64,000 bases of DNA from a bacterium (GCA_016124935.1 WGMS01000022.1:10647-74646); one strand, 5' to 3'. Positions 49,083-59,896 are shown, counted from the stretch's first letter. Notes: generated by a model not told the origin, from the letters alone. Numbers and translations are program-made.

Positions 49083-51356
49083 ATGACCAGAGAAGAGGAA
49101 AGAAAACCCAACCCCCTTGCCATCGGCTCTAATAATCAGGGCGCAGATAGCGATCAGTTGAAAGCTCAGGTGATGAGCAATCGTCAGGCTCTTTTGAGCC
49201 AACTTTCGGCTAATCAGCCCGGCGTGCGTCCCGAGGGCGAATCTGAGCAGGAGTCGGTTTCCGAAGCGGTTGCCGCGCCGCCGCCCGCCGTTGAATCGAC
49301 CATGGGGCGTGTGGTCGAGGTCATCTTCGACACCCTTCAGGCAAGCTGTGCAGAAGCCAATAAAGCCCTGGCAGGCAGCGACGCCCAGTTGAACTGTCAG
49401 AGACCGGCGGGGATTCAGATGAGGACCAGTCCTCAGACAGGTGCAGCTGTTCAAGCCTTGCGTGGAAACGTCTCTTTGCCGAATTATTCTCTTATCGTTG
49501 ACTGCACCGACGAAAGGATTCTTGTATTCATTATCCCCAGCGAGTTTCTGCTTGGATTCGACCCTGAATCGGAGCTCATCGCGCCCCATCTGATACTCCG
49601 GCAACTTTTCCAGGCGGATGGCCAGTCTGGGTGGTTCATGGACAATACTCCGGTGGGCAATGCGATGCTTCCGGAGCTTTCTCGACAGCTCCTTAGAAAC
49701 CTGATTGCCGTCGCCCGGGGCGAGGCTAATCCTAAACAACCATTCTCCTATGGCATGACCGGAGCGAATTCGTCTCCGCAACAGTCTCCGGCTCAGCCTC
49801 AGCCTTCAAGAGCGGCTGCTCCGGTGCCGCCCGGCAAGGCCGGTGCCCAGGCCTCGACTCCACCATCATTACCTGCGCCTGCGCCTTCTCAAGTCAATTA
49901 TTCTCAGGGTCTCAGTCGTTCTCAGACTGTCAAACAGTTGATGGTAGCGGCTCTAGACGAACCCCGACGAACTCCTCTGCCTTTCCATGCTGTTCCCGCT
50001 CCCGCTCCTGAAGCATCCGCCACCGCTCTTCCTTCGAACGGCGGTGCTGTCCAAGGGGCAACTCCCTCTCCTGTTGCTGCTTCTTCTTCGGTATCTCCAC
50101 AATCTGTTCCTCAGGCTCCTGCAAACGATAGGCGTCGAGAAGGCATCCGGGAGACCAATGAGTTTGCCATGCTCTCGGAGCTTATATCTAAAGAAAAGGC
50201 GACTCCGTCTCCCCAGATTTCACCGGTGAAAAGTGCCTCTCAGGCGGACGAGATGTGGCAGCGTCCCGAGTCGAAGTCTCCATCTCCACCCGGTGCTCCT
50301 ATTCCTCCCGGGCGTGCCAGACCTTCTTCTCCCGCTCCGAATCCATCTCCATCGCCTGCTCCGGTCTCGACTCCGCCGCCACCGCCTCCGCCTCCGCCTG
50401 CGGAGGCAGGCTCTGGGAACTTCCGTGTTCCGAGCGACCTCTTTGAGAGCCATGATTCGGTGCCACAGGTAGAACCCGCAGTTTCCGCAAAGAACGCTTT
50501 TCCTGTCCCGCCCGGTCATATGGTGCCTACCGAGTCTTTGCCAGCGACTGCTCCTGAGCCTGAGCCTGAGCCTGAGCCCGCTCCGGAAGTTGCACCGGAA
50601 CCCAGACCTGCTGCTGCTGCTGCTGCGGATGCTTCTTTATCCGAGGTCAGTGGTGTGCAGTCAATCCCGGAGATTCCATTCTCGCTGCCTGGGCCGACTC
50701 CTGTTTATGCGCCGGATAGTGCCGCTATGGTTTCCGGTCCTGAAGCGACGTCGCCTCCGATTCCGCCTTCGAGTCAACCGCTCGAACCATCTTTATCTAG
50801 AATGGATGCACCTCTACAAGAGAAGAGCGAGGGTTTGCTCTCCAAGGTAATCGCTGAGTCTGCCGGCGAAGCGAAAGAGGCTCCGCCGCCATCTTTCAAA
50901 TCGCTCAAATCGCTCATTTCTGCCGGTGACGAAGAGGAAGCCGTTCCTGTAGAACCGGAGTCGCCCTCTCCTGTTGCAATAGAGGCTCCATCCAGTTCTT
51001 TGCAGACTCTTCTCAGTGATAGCCTAGAGGACGAGGTCTTGCCGCCGCCGGTTCAGCCTGCGGAAGCATCCGTTCAAAATATTCCTGGGACTCCGGAAGC
51101 GTCTGCGACAGTGCCGCCCGGCGAAGCCTCAGGTGACCTTGGCAAATTGGTAAGCGACACAGAGAAATATTTATTCGAAGGCTGCGATCAACTTATGGTC
51201 AACCTTGAAAAAGCGCTTGCTACTCTGAAATCCGCCGGTGTAGAGGCTATGCAGGATGACAACATCGAGCAGGTTACTGAGATCATGAATCACACCAAAC
51301 GATTGAAGGCGTTGAAAGATAAGCTCGCAGCTCTCAAAGGCGAAATAGAGGACTGA
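49083..51356 (+). CDS. large proline-rich hypothetical protein
   Basis: 757 aa. A ~230-aa ordered N-terminal region is followed by >400 aa of Pro/Ala/Ser-rich sequence (PPPPPPPPP, PEPEPEPEPAPEVAPEP, AAAAA). The C-terminal ~100 aa look coiled-coil-like. Confidence 0.6.
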   Translation: MTREEERKPNPLAIGSNNQGADSDQLKAQVMSNRQALLSQLSANQPGVRPEGESEQESVSEAVAAPPPAVESTMGRVVEVIFDTLQASCAEANKALAGSDAQLNCQRPAGIQMRTSPQTGAAVQALRGNVSLPNYSLIVDCTDERILVFIIPSEFLLGFDPESELIAPHLILRQLFQADGQSGWFMDNTPVGNAMLPELSRQLLRNLIAVARGEANPKQPFSYGMTGANSSPQQSPAQPQPSRAAAPVPPGKAGAQASTPPSLPAPAPSQVNYSQGLSRSQTVKQLMVAALDEPRRTPLPFHAVPAPAPEASATALPSNGGAVQGATPSPVAASSSVSPQSVPQAPANDRRREGIRETNEFAMLSELISKEKATPSPQISPVKSASQADEMWQRPESKSPSPPGAPIPPGRARPSSPAPNPSPSPAPVSTPPPPPPPPPAEAGSGNFRVPSDLFESHDSVPQVEPAVSAKNAFPVPPGHMVPTESLPATAPEPEPEPEPAPEVAPEPRPAAAAAADASLSEVSGVQSIPEIPFSLPGPTPVYAPDSAAMVSGPEATSPPIPPSSQPLEPSLSRMDAPLQEKSEGLLSKVIAESAGEAKEAPPPSFKSLKSLISAGDEEEAVPVEPESPSPVAIEAPSSSLQTLLSDSLEDEVLPPPVQPAEASVQNIPGTPEASATVPPGEASGDLGKLVSDTEKYLFEGCDQLMVNLEKALATLKSAGVEAMQDDNIEQVTEIMNHTKRLKALKDKLAALKGEIED

Positions 51357-51377
51357 GCGGAGCTGTTATTGAAACTT

Positions 51378-51471
51378 GCTTTGAAAGTGGCGGAGAGGGT
51401 GGGATTCGAACCCACGGAACAGGTTTAAGCCCGTTCAACTTCTTAGCAGGAAGCCGCTTTCGACCACTCAG
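51378..51471 (-). tRNA. tRNA-Ser (anticodon GCU), class II with long variable arm, CCA encoded
   Basis: The reverse complement reads GGAGAGG-TG-GCT-GAGTGGTCGAA-AGC-G-GCTTC-CU[GCU]AA-GAAGT-(variable arm)-GTGGG-TTCGAAT-CCCAC-CCTCTCC-G-CCA. All stems pair. Confidence 0.93.
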
Positions 51472-51544
51472 CCACCTCTCCAAGATTTATTTCCTCTATA
51501 TGATACCAGGACTTAGAAGACCTAAAACCAAATAATCGAACAAT

Positions 51545-52441
51545 TTACAAAATGCCGAGGACGACCAGTTTGATCCAGTAATAGGCTATGGGACCGGCAA
51601 ATAGCAAACTGTCTCCCCTGTCTAGAAAGCCGCCGTGACCGGGAATGGAATCCCCCGAGTCTTTCATGCCTGCGTCCCGCTTCATCAATGATTCACAGAG
51701 GTCTCCCAGTTGTGCGGCGATGGAGACCACCAGGCCAAGTAGCGGGGCATGAATCAATTTGAACTGGAAGGGATGACAGGAGAAGACATAGTTGTCAGCC
51801 AGGTAGACTACGATTGTGGCGATGATAATCGAGCTTAGCAAGCCCCCCAGTGCGCCTTCGACGGTTTTCTTTGGCGAGACCTCCGGATAGAGCAGGTGTT
51901 TGCCGAAGGTTTTGCCGGCATAGTAAGCGAAGACATCGGTGCCGAAGATAATGAAGAAGCAGACCCATAGATAGGCGAGACCCGGCTGCTGCAGAGGATT
52001 TGTAATCGCCTCCACCCCGGGGGCGCCCAGATCTCTCAAGAGCACTAGATGGCAGGGCATCCAACCTACATAGATAAAACCCATAATAGTCGAGGCGATA
52101 TCGGCGATGGTGGCAGGCGGCTTTTCGCTTCTAAGCAGGAGGCGAACGAAGGATATACAGATGCCCACAGTAAAAAGAATCGATAGGTGACTGAGAGCGA
52201 AATCGGCGGGCAGATCTAGTTCAGGGATATTGGGCAGGGCAGTAAGGACGAAAAAGGCTATGATCATGCCCCGGACTATATTGGCGGAAGGTTTATAACC
52301 TTTTGCCCTGGCCATGGCGACAAACTCGTTTCCTCCCAGCATGCAGGCATAGCCGAGCACCAGGGGAAAGACGAGTCCGCCTATCATGATGCTTCCGATG
52401 GCGGTAAGGAATAGAATCCAGCCGAATAGTACTCTCATCAA
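51545..52441 (-). CDS. cdsA: phosphatidate cytidylyltransferase
   Basis: 298 aa multi-pass membrane protein with the CTP-transferase signature SLMKRDAGMKDSGDSIPGHGGFLDRGDS. Confidence 0.88.
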   Translation of the reverse strand: MMRVLFGWILFLTAIGSIMIGGLVFPLVLGYACMLGGNEFVAMARAKGYKPSANIVRGMIIAFFVLTALPNIPELDLPADFALSHLSILFTVGICISFVRLLLRSEKPPATIADIASTIMGFIYVGWMPCHLVLLRDLGAPGVEAITNPLQQPGLAYLWVCFFIIFGTDVFAYYAGKTFGKHLLYPEVSPKKTVEGALGGLLSSIIIATIVVYLADNYVFSCHPFQFKLIHAPLLGLVVSIAAQLGDLCESLMKRDAGMKDSGDSIPGHGGFLDRGDSLLFAGPIAYYWIKLVVLGIL

Positions 52442-53622
52442 TCTTTTGGAGACATTACCCTTGCTGCGACAATCGCCGTCAGGGGAATAGTAAACACCAG
52501 ACCTAGGCTACCACTCAATGCCGATGCCACTTCGGTGGCGAAGAGATCAAGGTTGACAAGCTTAATGGAAGGCATCTGGGTTGCCAGTAGAAGTAAGGGC
52601 AGGGCTCCGCCAGTATAAGCCAAGATGAGGGTATTCGTCATGGTTCCCATTATGTCCCGGCCTACATTCATACCGGAGTCATAGAGTTCTTTCATGGTCA
52701 TCTTTGCATCCGCTTTCGATATCTCTGAGACTGCCGAAGCTATGGAGATTCCTACGTCCATGATCACGCCGAGCGCTCCTATCAACATGCCTGCCGCCAG
52801 TAGACCGCTGTAAAAGGGTGGTTTCTGCACCAGCACCGAACCTCTCAATATCTGCGCTTCTTCGCTGGACAGTCCGGTAAGCGGTGCGTACCAGATTACG
52901 AGCTGGGCGGCGATGCCCGCTACTATGACACCACCAATAGTGCCCATTATTGCTGCCAGGGATTTTTTCGTGAAGCCGCCTATCAAAAGAATACTTGTGG
53001 CGGTGGCAGCCAGGCAGATAAACACCGAGACCATAAGCGGATTGAATCCCTGCAGGCTGAGAGGCAGCAGCACGCAGGCCACCAGCAAGACTGTTATTAA
53101 TAGAGCCAACAGAGACTTGACTCCCTGCTTGCCGCCGAAGACCAGAAAAGCGGCCAGGAATGCCACCAGAAGCCAGGCAAGAACCGGGGTGCGGTTGTAG
53201 TCGGCGATATTGATCTCGATGGTGCCGTCAGGCTTTTGATCCAGAGCGACTACTACCTCCTGACCGGGTTCGACTTCGACGTTGTACGCCGGATTGTCGG
53301 TCAGTTCATTGTCTATGATAAACTCTTTGCCGCTCAGCGCCCCTTCGGTGATTCTCAACTTTACGGTCTGCAGATTGGAGATCATGCCGGTGCTGCCCAG
53401 AAGCTCTTTGTTTACCCTTAGTTTCGTCGCTTCGAGCACTTTGCCTACCACCAGCTGCTCTTCCAGACCGGAGCCGGCAAAAATGGTGGTATCTCTATTG
53501 GTGCTTTGATCGGCTTTGCTCTCTGTTTGCGCCAGCACGCCGGTAGCGAAGGGCAGGAGGAAACAAAAGGCAAAAATGATGACCACCAGGAGATTTTGAA
53601 CGATTCGTCTATGGCTTCTCAT
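52438..53622 (-). CDS. YibE/F-family membrane protein
   Basis: 394 aa. An N-terminal signal/anchor and a ~130-aa extracytoplasmic domain precede about 6 TM helices, which is the YibE/F-like layout. There is a 4-nt overlap with cdsA. Confidence 0.65.
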   Translation of the reverse strand: MRSHRRIVQNLLVVIIFAFCFLLPFATGVLAQTESKADQSTNRDTTIFAGSGLEEQLVVGKVLEATKLRVNKELLGSTGMISNLQTVKLRITEGALSGKEFIIDNELTDNPAYNVEVEPGQEVVVALDQKPDGTIEINIADYNRTPVLAWLLVAFLAAFLVFGGKQGVKSLLALLITVLLVACVLLPLSLQGFNPLMVSVFICLAATATSILLIGGFTKKSLAAIMGTIGGVIVAGIAAQLVIWYAPLTGLSSEEAQILRGSVLVQKPPFYSGLLAAGMLIGALGVIMDVGISIASAVSEISKADAKMTMKELYDSGMNVGRDIMGTMTNTLILAYTGGALPLLLLATQMPSIKLVNLDLFATEVASALSGSLGLVFTIPLTAIVAARVMSPKD

Positions 53623-54802
53623 CGTTATCTACAAAAGAGTCACTCTGGTTCTCTGCTCTACCGAAGTCGAGGCTTAATTGATTCGCCGGCGGATTTTTAC
53701 CCAGATGCTGGTAGGCAAGCGCTGTTGCGATTCGCCCTCGCGGTGTGCGTTGCAGAAAGCCTGCCTGGATCAAAAATGGTTCGTAGACGTCCTCGATGGT
53801 CTCACTGTCTTCTCCTATGGTGGCAGCTATGGTATCTATGCCGACCGGTCCGCCGTCGTAATTGTTGATTACCACATGAAGCAGCTTTCTGTCCGTGCTA
53901 TCGAGGCCGGACTGATCGACTTGATACGATTGCAGAGCTTCCACGGCAATCTCGCGGTCGATCTCTTTCTTGCCTTTATACTGGGCGAAATCCCTCACCA
54001 GTCTGACCAATCTGTTGGCGATTCTAGGCGTACCTCGCGATCTCGAAGCTATTTGATCCACGGCGTTTTGCGCTATGGAGAGACCGAGAATGCCTCCGGT
54101 TCGCTCGACGATTTTGGAGAGCTCTTCCTGATTGTAGAAATCGAGACGGCAAGAGAATCCGAATCGATCTCTCAAGGCTTTCGAGATCGAGCCGGCTTTG
54201 GTAGTAGCGCCAATCAAAGTGAATTTCGGCAGAGGCAGTCTCATCGTTCTGGTGGCATGACCTTTGCCCGAGGTCAAGTCGATCATGAAATCCTCTATCG
54301 CCGGATAGAGAAGCTCTTCGGCAACTTTGTTCAGTCGGTGGATCTCATCGATAAAGAGCACATCCCCTGCTTCAAGCTGATGCACCAGACCGACGATATC
54401 CCGCGGCCTTTCCAGGCTGGGGCCTGATGTCATGTGAATCTTGGCGCCCATTTCCGAGGCTATGACCTGGGCCAGGGTGGTTTTACCCAGGCCGGGAGGA
54501 CCATAGAGAAGAACATGATCGATGGGCTCTTTTCGCTCCAGCGCCGCCGATATGGACATGGTCAGCATCATCTTCAAATGAGACTGGCCGATATATTCTT
54601 TCAGGTGCTGCGGGCGCAGCTTCTGATCTGACTTGCGGTCGGAGTTGGTCTCGTTGGAAGACATGACTGAGTGGCGTTCGCGGTCTTGCACTTTGCCTTT
54701 ACCCGAAGATTGAGATCCGGAGATTGCACCGTTAGTGGTGGTGGCTGGCTGGTAGACAGTGCCTTCCGGTAGCTGGTATCCATTATTCTTGATTATAGTC
54801 AT
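53609..54802 (-). CDS. ruvB: Holliday junction branch migration DNA helicase RuvB
   Basis: [12 protein letters not shown], Walker [10 protein letters not shown], Walker B FIDEIHRL and sensor [10 protein letters not shown]. The ~46-aa N-terminal extension suggests a possible true start at ATG 54664. Confidence 0.9.
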   Translation of the reverse strand: MTIIKNNGYQLPEGTVYQPATTTNGAISGSQSSGKGKVQDRERHSVMSSNETNSDRKSDQKLRPQHLKEYIGQSHLKMMLTMSISAALERKEPIDHVLLYGPPGLGKTTLAQVIASEMGAKIHMTSGPSLERPRDIVGLVHQLEAGDVLFIDEIHRLNKVAEELLYPAIEDFMIDLTSGKGHATRTMRLPLPKFTLIGATTKAGSISKALRDRFGFSCRLDFYNQEELSKIVERTGGILGLSIAQNAVDQIASRSRGTPRIANRLVRLVRDFAQYKGKKEIDREIAVEALQSYQVDQSGLDSTDRKLLHVVINNYDGGPVGIDTIAATIGEDSETIEDVYEPFLIQAGFLQRTPRGRIATALAYQHLGKNPPANQLSLDFGRAENQSDSFVDNDEKP

Positions 54803-54921
54803 TGGGCTAATTATGACAAAGAAGCGCGACTCTATGAAGAGTGAGGTGGTCTAATGAGAAAGAAATCAATTAAAAAAGACCGACGAAGATATGGTATCGA
54901 TATGCTTGGCGCGGCGTTACG

Positions 54922-55920
54922 CTAATACTGCCTGGATTTTTCCCAGGCCCAGGCTGTCTCGATGATTCTCTCCAGGTCGTACTTCGGCTCCCAGCCCAGT
55001 ATCTCTTTTGCTCTTGTGTAGTCCGCCACCAGTTTGGCCGGGTCTCCCGGTCTTCTTGCCGTCACTTTTCGTTTAATAGAACGGCCCGAAACTTTCTCGC
55101 AGGTTTTGATCACCTCTTCCACCGATGCACCTCTTGAAGTGCCCAGATTGATTGCATCGAAGGTACTGTCGCCTTCTTTAAGAGCGAGGAGTTTGTCGAG
55201 AGCCAGGCAGTGCGCTTCGGCGAGATCATAAACGTGGACATAGTCTCTTATGCAGGTGCCGTCTTCCGTGTCGTAGTCGTCGCCGTAGATGCCTATCTCC
55301 TCTCTTCTTCCGAGGGCGGTCTGGAGAACGAGAGGAATCAAATGGGTCTCCGGCTCATGGCTCTCTCCTATGGCGGCTTGATCATCGGCTCCTGCGGCGT
55401 TGAAATAGCGCAACGAGATATAGGACCAGCCGGAAGCCAGATGCAGACCCATTAGAGCCTGCTCGATCATCAGTTTGGTTATTCCGTAGACATTGATGGG
55501 GGACTGGGGATGTTTTTCGTCAATCGGTATATATTCCGGATTGCCGTAGGTAGTACAGCTGGAAGAAAAAATCACCTTATTCACGCCATGCCTGGCTAGA
55601 AGCTTAAAAAGATTCAAGCTGCCTGCTACGTTGTTATCGAAATACTTGAACGGTTTCTCCTGGGACTCACCTACATAAGCGTTGGCGGCGTAGTGAACCA
55701 CCGCATCCGGCTTCTCTGCGGCAAGCACCGGATCGAGGGCTTCGCTGTTGGCTATGGAAATATTGTGGAACGTGACTCTTTCGCTATCAGGAAGCGCTTG
55801 AGCATGCCCTTCTCTCAGATCATCCACCGCTAAAACTTTCACTGTCGGATAACGATCCAGCGCCTTTTTCACGAAATGGCTGCCGATATAGCCGGCTGCT
55901 CCTGTGACTAGAATCTTCAA
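54922..55920 (-). CDS. galE: UDP-glucose 4-epimerase
   Basis: 332 aa with GAAGYIGSH Rossmann motif, SSSCTTYG and catalytic YGITK. Confidence 0.9.
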   Translation of the reverse strand: MKILVTGAAGYIGSHFVKKALDRYPTVKVLAVDDLREGHAQALPDSERVTFHNISIANSEALDPVLAAEKPDAVVHYAANAYVGESQEKPFKYFDNNVAGSLNLFKLLARHGVNKVIFSSSCTTYGNPEYIPIDEKHPQSPINVYGITKLMIEQALMGLHLASGWSYISLRYFNAAGADDQAAIGESHEPETHLIPLVLQTALGRREEIGIYGDDYDTEDGTCIRDYVHVYDLAEAHCLALDKLLALKEGDSTFDAINLGTSRGASVEEVIKTCEKVSGRSIKRKVTARRPGDPAKLVADYTRAKEILGWEPKYDLERIIETAWAWEKSRQY

Positions 55921-56072
55921 TCTGATGGCCTTCCGGTGGATTTCTGGGGTTCAAGTCGATTAAGATAACCGATTTATTCGACTCTAACTTTGACTTCCGA
56001 GAGTTTTATGATGAAAAGTTAGAAGTATATTTATATATAGTGAATATAGGCATGCTACCGAATTGAGCCAAA

Positions 56073-58673
56073 GTGAGGCTTGGGTTGAACGGCACTGACA
56101 GAAACAGAAACAACCAGAACAGATCGTCTACGATAGCGGACGCGGCCCACGCCCATGTACCTTCGGGTCGAGAGTTCTTCTCCTGGGTCACTATTGGCGC
56201 TCTTGGGGCACTGATGCTCTTTCTCGCCCTAACCTCCGGGCAACTCTTCAATCGTGGCATCAAAGCCGGCGACATAGCCGAACGGCATATCGTGGCGCCC
56301 CAGGCTGCCTATGTCATCGATCCGGTTGCTACCAAAGAGTTGATGGAGAATGCCAGGCAGCTGGTTATTCCGGTTTTTCAGGTTGATCGCTCTCGGGACC
56401 AGAACACTATTTTCAAGGTGGATGAGAGCATAGGTAGGATAAAAGTGCTTCAGTCGCGGGGCATCGTGCCCGAGATGGTGCCGGGTATCCAGCTCAATCT
56501 CTCCGCCGATGAAGATTTTTATCTCCTCAATTGCTCGAGAGTGGCATTCGACGCCATATTCGATTTTGACCAACCGGAAGGCGGCAGAGATCTTGCCAAT
56601 CTTGAACAGTCTATTCATGGCAAAGTAGAAGCAGCGGCAAAACAGAAGCTATTCGGACCCCGGGGCAAGCGTGCTCGCGCCAGATCTCCCCTGTTTGAAA
56701 AGACTATCGATTCTATAAAATCGACTTTTCTGACAGGTAGAAAAACTCTTAGCGATGTCGTTCAGGTGGAGGATCTGGTCAGTCGCAGCGAGGCGCTTAT
56801 CGCCCTCAGTGTTCGACCCGATTATATGTCTGACTATTCTTCTACAATGCTCAGGACCACAAGACGAATTTGCAATCGCTTTCAGCGTTTTCCTGTCAGC
56901 CGTAAAGATGTCTGGGCCGACACCGTCTTCGAGTTCCTTCCTGACGACTGGGAGCCGACCCTCAGAAGAAGTTCCGCCATACTGGTATCCAACGCCCTGG
57001 AGCCGAATCTGGTCATCGACCCGGTCGCCACCAAGAAGAAGGCTGATCAAACCCTCAAGGAAGTGAACGCGGTCACTAGGAAGTACGAGGAAGGAGAGAT
57101 GATCGTCTCGAAAGGCACGATTATCACCAAGGAGATTGCCCAGACCCTGCAAGCGCTTGGAATTTCGCGGATTAGTTCTGTTCCATTCTTGATGGTGCTT
57201 GGTTTTACCGTTATCGCCGCCGTCGCCTTTGCTGCTATCTTTATCTACAACTTCGAGCCCAAGCACTTCTTCTCGGGTATGTCCCTCGGTTTGATTTACA
57301 CTGTCGTGATCGTTGCATGCGCCAGCGCCAGTCTGCTTGGTAGGACCTATCCGCAATTCGTTCCCATGGCGGGAGCGGCGTTGTGTTTGACGATTTTCTT
57401 CGGGCGCAGAGTGGCGGCGGCTGTTATTATTCCTGTGTTGGTCTTGATCGCGGTCAATCGGCTGGTGGAGGGGACTCATCTTTTTGCTATTTCAATAGCT
57501 TCGCTTTCCGCCATCTTCGGCTATTCGAGAGACCGTAAGTCTTTGATGTTCACCGGACTGGTAATCGGTGTGGCCCAGTCCCTGGGCTTTCTTTTGGGAT
57601 ACGGTCTGGTCAAAGCCCTGCCTTTCTTGAGTCTGGCATCAACGCCGTGGATGGTCCTGGCACCGCATATGGCATTACCTTCTTTCTCTAATCTGGGTCA
57701 GGTACTGGCTATGGAGTTTGCCGGCGGACTTGCTTCCGCCATTATCGCCATAGGCTGCCTTCCTTTTCTCGAGAATATTTTCGGTCTGGTCACCCCCTAC
57801 CGGCTGGCTGAGATGGCCGAGGCCGATCAGCCGCTTTTACAGCAGCTGGAGGAGAAAGCCCCCGGTACTTATCAGCACAGTCTCGCCGTGGCTAATCTTG
57901 CCGAGGCCGCAGCCAAAGCGATTAAGGTCGATGTGAAGCTGGTCCGCGCCGGTGCGCTCTATCATGATGTCGGAAAGATGGTCCGGCCGAAATTCTTTAT
58001 AGAGAACCAGCTTGGAGCCAAGAACCCCCATGACTCGATGTCTCCGGAGGACAGTCGCAATCGCGTTCTTGCCCATGTCACCGATGGATTGGAACTGGCC
58101 AGAAAGTATTCATTGCCCAAGGCGATCGCCGATTTCATTCCCATGCACCAGGGCACCACTCTGATGGCCTACTTCTATCACAAAGCTTGCGAAAGGGACG
58201 GCAAGGATAACGTCGATTCCTCTTTCTACAGATATCCAGGTCCGAAGCCGAATTCCAAAGAGACCGCCATCGTCATGCTTGCCGATGCTGCCGAGGCCGT
58301 CACTCATAGTATGCGGGATCCCACCGAAGAAGAGGTGGAGCAGGCAATCGACAAGATCTTTCAGTTGCGTTGGGCTGATGAACAGTTCAGCGACGCGAAT
58401 CTTTCTTATGACGAACTGCAGCGGGTCAAACTGGCCTTTGTTCGTGTCTGGAGAACCTTGCATCATGAGCGTCTAAAGTATCCTTCTACCGATACCGGCA
58501 AGATGGATGTGGATGACGAATCCGAAAGCGATGACGCCGCGGTTAATGAGGATGCAACCACCGCCGGTGACGAGCCCTGTTGTGGACCGGTGGTTCTGGA
58601 AGAAGAGAAAGTCGAAGAGAAAACCGGTGAATCTGATACGGCATGGTCAGCCCGGGGAGAGAGCTGTTCTTAA
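56073..58673 (+). CDS. 7TM-receptor HD-domain phosphohydrolase (PgpH/YqfF-like)
   Basis: 866 aa with a large N-terminal extracytoplasmic domain, about 7 TM helices, an HD domain (HSLAVANLAE...LYHDVGK) and an acidic C-terminal tail. GTG start. Confidence 0.8.
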   Translation: MRLGLNGTDRNRNNQNRSSTIADAAHAHVPSGREFFSWVTIGALGALMLFLALTSGQLFNRGIKAGDIAERHIVAPQAAYVIDPVATKELMENARQLVIPVFQVDRSRDQNTIFKVDESIGRIKVLQSRGIVPEMVPGIQLNLSADEDFYLLNCSRVAFDAIFDFDQPEGGRDLANLEQSIHGKVEAAAKQKLFGPRGKRARARSPLFEKTIDSIKSTFLTGRKTLSDVVQVEDLVSRSEALIALSVRPDYMSDYSSTMLRTTRRICNRFQRFPVSRKDVWADTVFEFLPDDWEPTLRRSSAILVSNALEPNLVIDPVATKKKADQTLKEVNAVTRKYEEGEMIVSKGTIITKEIAQTLQALGISRISSVPFLMVLGFTVIAAVAFAAIFIYNFEPKHFFSGMSLGLIYTVVIVACASASLLGRTYPQFVPMAGAALCLTIFFGRRVAAAVIIPVLVLIAVNRLVEGTHLFAISIASLSAIFGYSRDRKSLMFTGLVIGVAQSLGFLLGYGLVKALPFLSLASTPWMVLAPHMALPSFSNLGQVLAMEFAGGLASAIIAIGCLPFLENIFGLVTPYRLAEMAEADQPLLQQLEEKAPGTYQHSLAVANLAEAAAKAIKVDVKLVRAGALYHDVGKMVRPKFFIENQLGAKNPHDSMSPEDSRNRVLAHVTDGLELARKYSLPKAIADFIPMHQGTTLMAYFYHKACERDGKDNVDSSFYRYPGPKPNSKETAIVMLADAAEAVTHSMRDPTEEEVEQAIDKIFQLRWADEQFSDANLSYDELQRVKLAFVRVWRTLHHERLKYPSTDTGKMDVDDESESDDAAVNEDATTAGDEPCCGPVVLEEEKVEEKTGESDTAWSARGESCS

Positions 58674-59896
58674 ACACCATATTCTTTCTCTTTCAATCTG
58701 GTTCGATCGAAAACCCCGGTCATATAGAGGGTGTACTCGATATCGTTTTTAGAACGATGACAGAATTCCAGTGCGATGATCGCCTTTTCGTAACTGACAA
58801 GATTATTTTGCCTGAGGTCGACCAACCTGAGGCATGAGAAGAGAAGATTGTCATCGAGGATATTATTCTCTCTCATCATCGAAACCACCTGTTTGACCTG
58901 GTTGTAGTTCACCGAGAGACATTCCTGAATATCCACGGGGATGCTTTCGTTGCTCAGAATACCGCTTGCTTTGAGCAGATCGATAAAGGGAACGGCTTGA
59001 TTCGGCACCATTCGGTAGGCGCTTGCTTCGGCCACGGCTTGCACCGCGGATAGTCCTTTGAGAATCACCGTGGTCAGGGCGTTGACTGTCTGTTCTTTCT
59101 CTAGGGTGCCTCTGTCCATCATCTCTTGAATCTCCACCGCTCTTTCTATCATCTCCGGTTTGAGATTGCTCTTGGCTAGAAGGGCACTGCCGAAGGTGGT
59201 ATCGGCACTGATTGAATCGATAAGCAATTCACTGATCTGGGCATCGGTGCAGATGTTGCAGAGCGAGAAGAGTTCTCCGAGTTTAGGGGTCGATTTAAGC
59301 GGTTTTTTCGAATAGCCGCGATTGCTCTCTAAGTTGAGCAATTGCTGCTCTCTGGCAAGACCGGCATGAAGAGAGGTTATTCCTTTGTTTCTCTCGATAT
59401 GACCGGTGCGAATCAGATTTTGAATCGCCAGGGCTCTATTGATAAGGGGCTGCGAGACCAGACCGCGATGGCAGATGATATGACCAAGAGGAAGGGCGGT
59501 ACTTTCGTTGGTGACCAGGCACTCGTCCAGCTTGTCAGGGGTGATTATCTCTGCGTTAATCAAGAGCTGACCGAGTTTATTGGTCTCATTGTCTTCCGGT
59601 CGGACAATCTTGGCTCTCACAAAAGCATCGGAGATGTTGCGCTTCTCTGTATAACAGAGCTTCATGACTTCCACGGCTTTTTCGAAATCAAGCAGGTTGT
59701 CGTTGATCATGTATTGAAGATCAAGAGCGGATTTGAGCTGACTGTCGTTCAAAAAGCCCGCAATCACCAGCACTTTTCCAAGCGGTAGCCCCTGGGCTTC
59801 ATAGATGCCGAGGGCCTCTTTGATATATTCGGAGGTCAGAACTTCGGCCGCCAGAAGAAGGTCTCCCAGTCTAACGTGCTTTTGAATATCAGACAT
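58670..59896 (-). CDS. protein composed of repeated GspE-N/MshEN-like domains, with no ATPase domain
   Basis: 408 aa with at least four ~50-aa repeats of the form LG.LL.....I....L..AL..Q......LG..L...G.....L..AL..Q. Examples are LGDLLLAAEVLTSEYIKEALGIYEAQGLPLGKVLV and LGQLLINAEIITPDKLDECL...LPLGHIIC. Confidence 0.6.
   Translation of the reverse strand: MSDIQKHVRLGDLLLAAEVLTSEYIKEALGIYEAQGLPLGKVLVIAGFLNDSQLKSALDLQYMINDNLLDFEKAVEVMKLCYTEKRNISDAFVRAKIVRPEDNETNKLGQLLINAEIITPDKLDECLVTNESTALPLGHIICHRGLVSQPLINRALAIQNLIRTGHIERNKGITSLHAGLAREQQLLNLESNRGYSKKPLKSTPKLGELFSLCNICTDAQISELLIDSISADTTFGSALLAKSNLKPEMIERAVEIQEMMDRGTLEKEQTVNALTTVILKGLSAVQAVAEASAYRMVPNQAVPFIDLLKASGILSNESIPVDIQECLSVNYNQVKQVVSMMRENNILDDNLLFSCLRLVDLRQNNLVSYEKAIIALEFCHRSKNDIEYTLYMTGVFDRTRLKEKEYGV

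Noticed and set aside
49047-49781. 244-aa ORF on the - strand overlapping the methyltransferase 3' end and the start of the Pro-rich gene
   Set aside because: It is Arg-rich shadow-frame sequence with no motifs. The + strand genes have coherent starts with an 8-nt spacing and recognisable features.
51378-51471. tRNA-Ser as an integration hotspot marking a genomic island
   Set aside because: I could see no integrase, no duplicated tRNA 3' end as a direct repeat, and no phage or transposon genes on either side. The flanking genes, cdsA and the Pro-rich protein, look like ordinary chromosomal genes.
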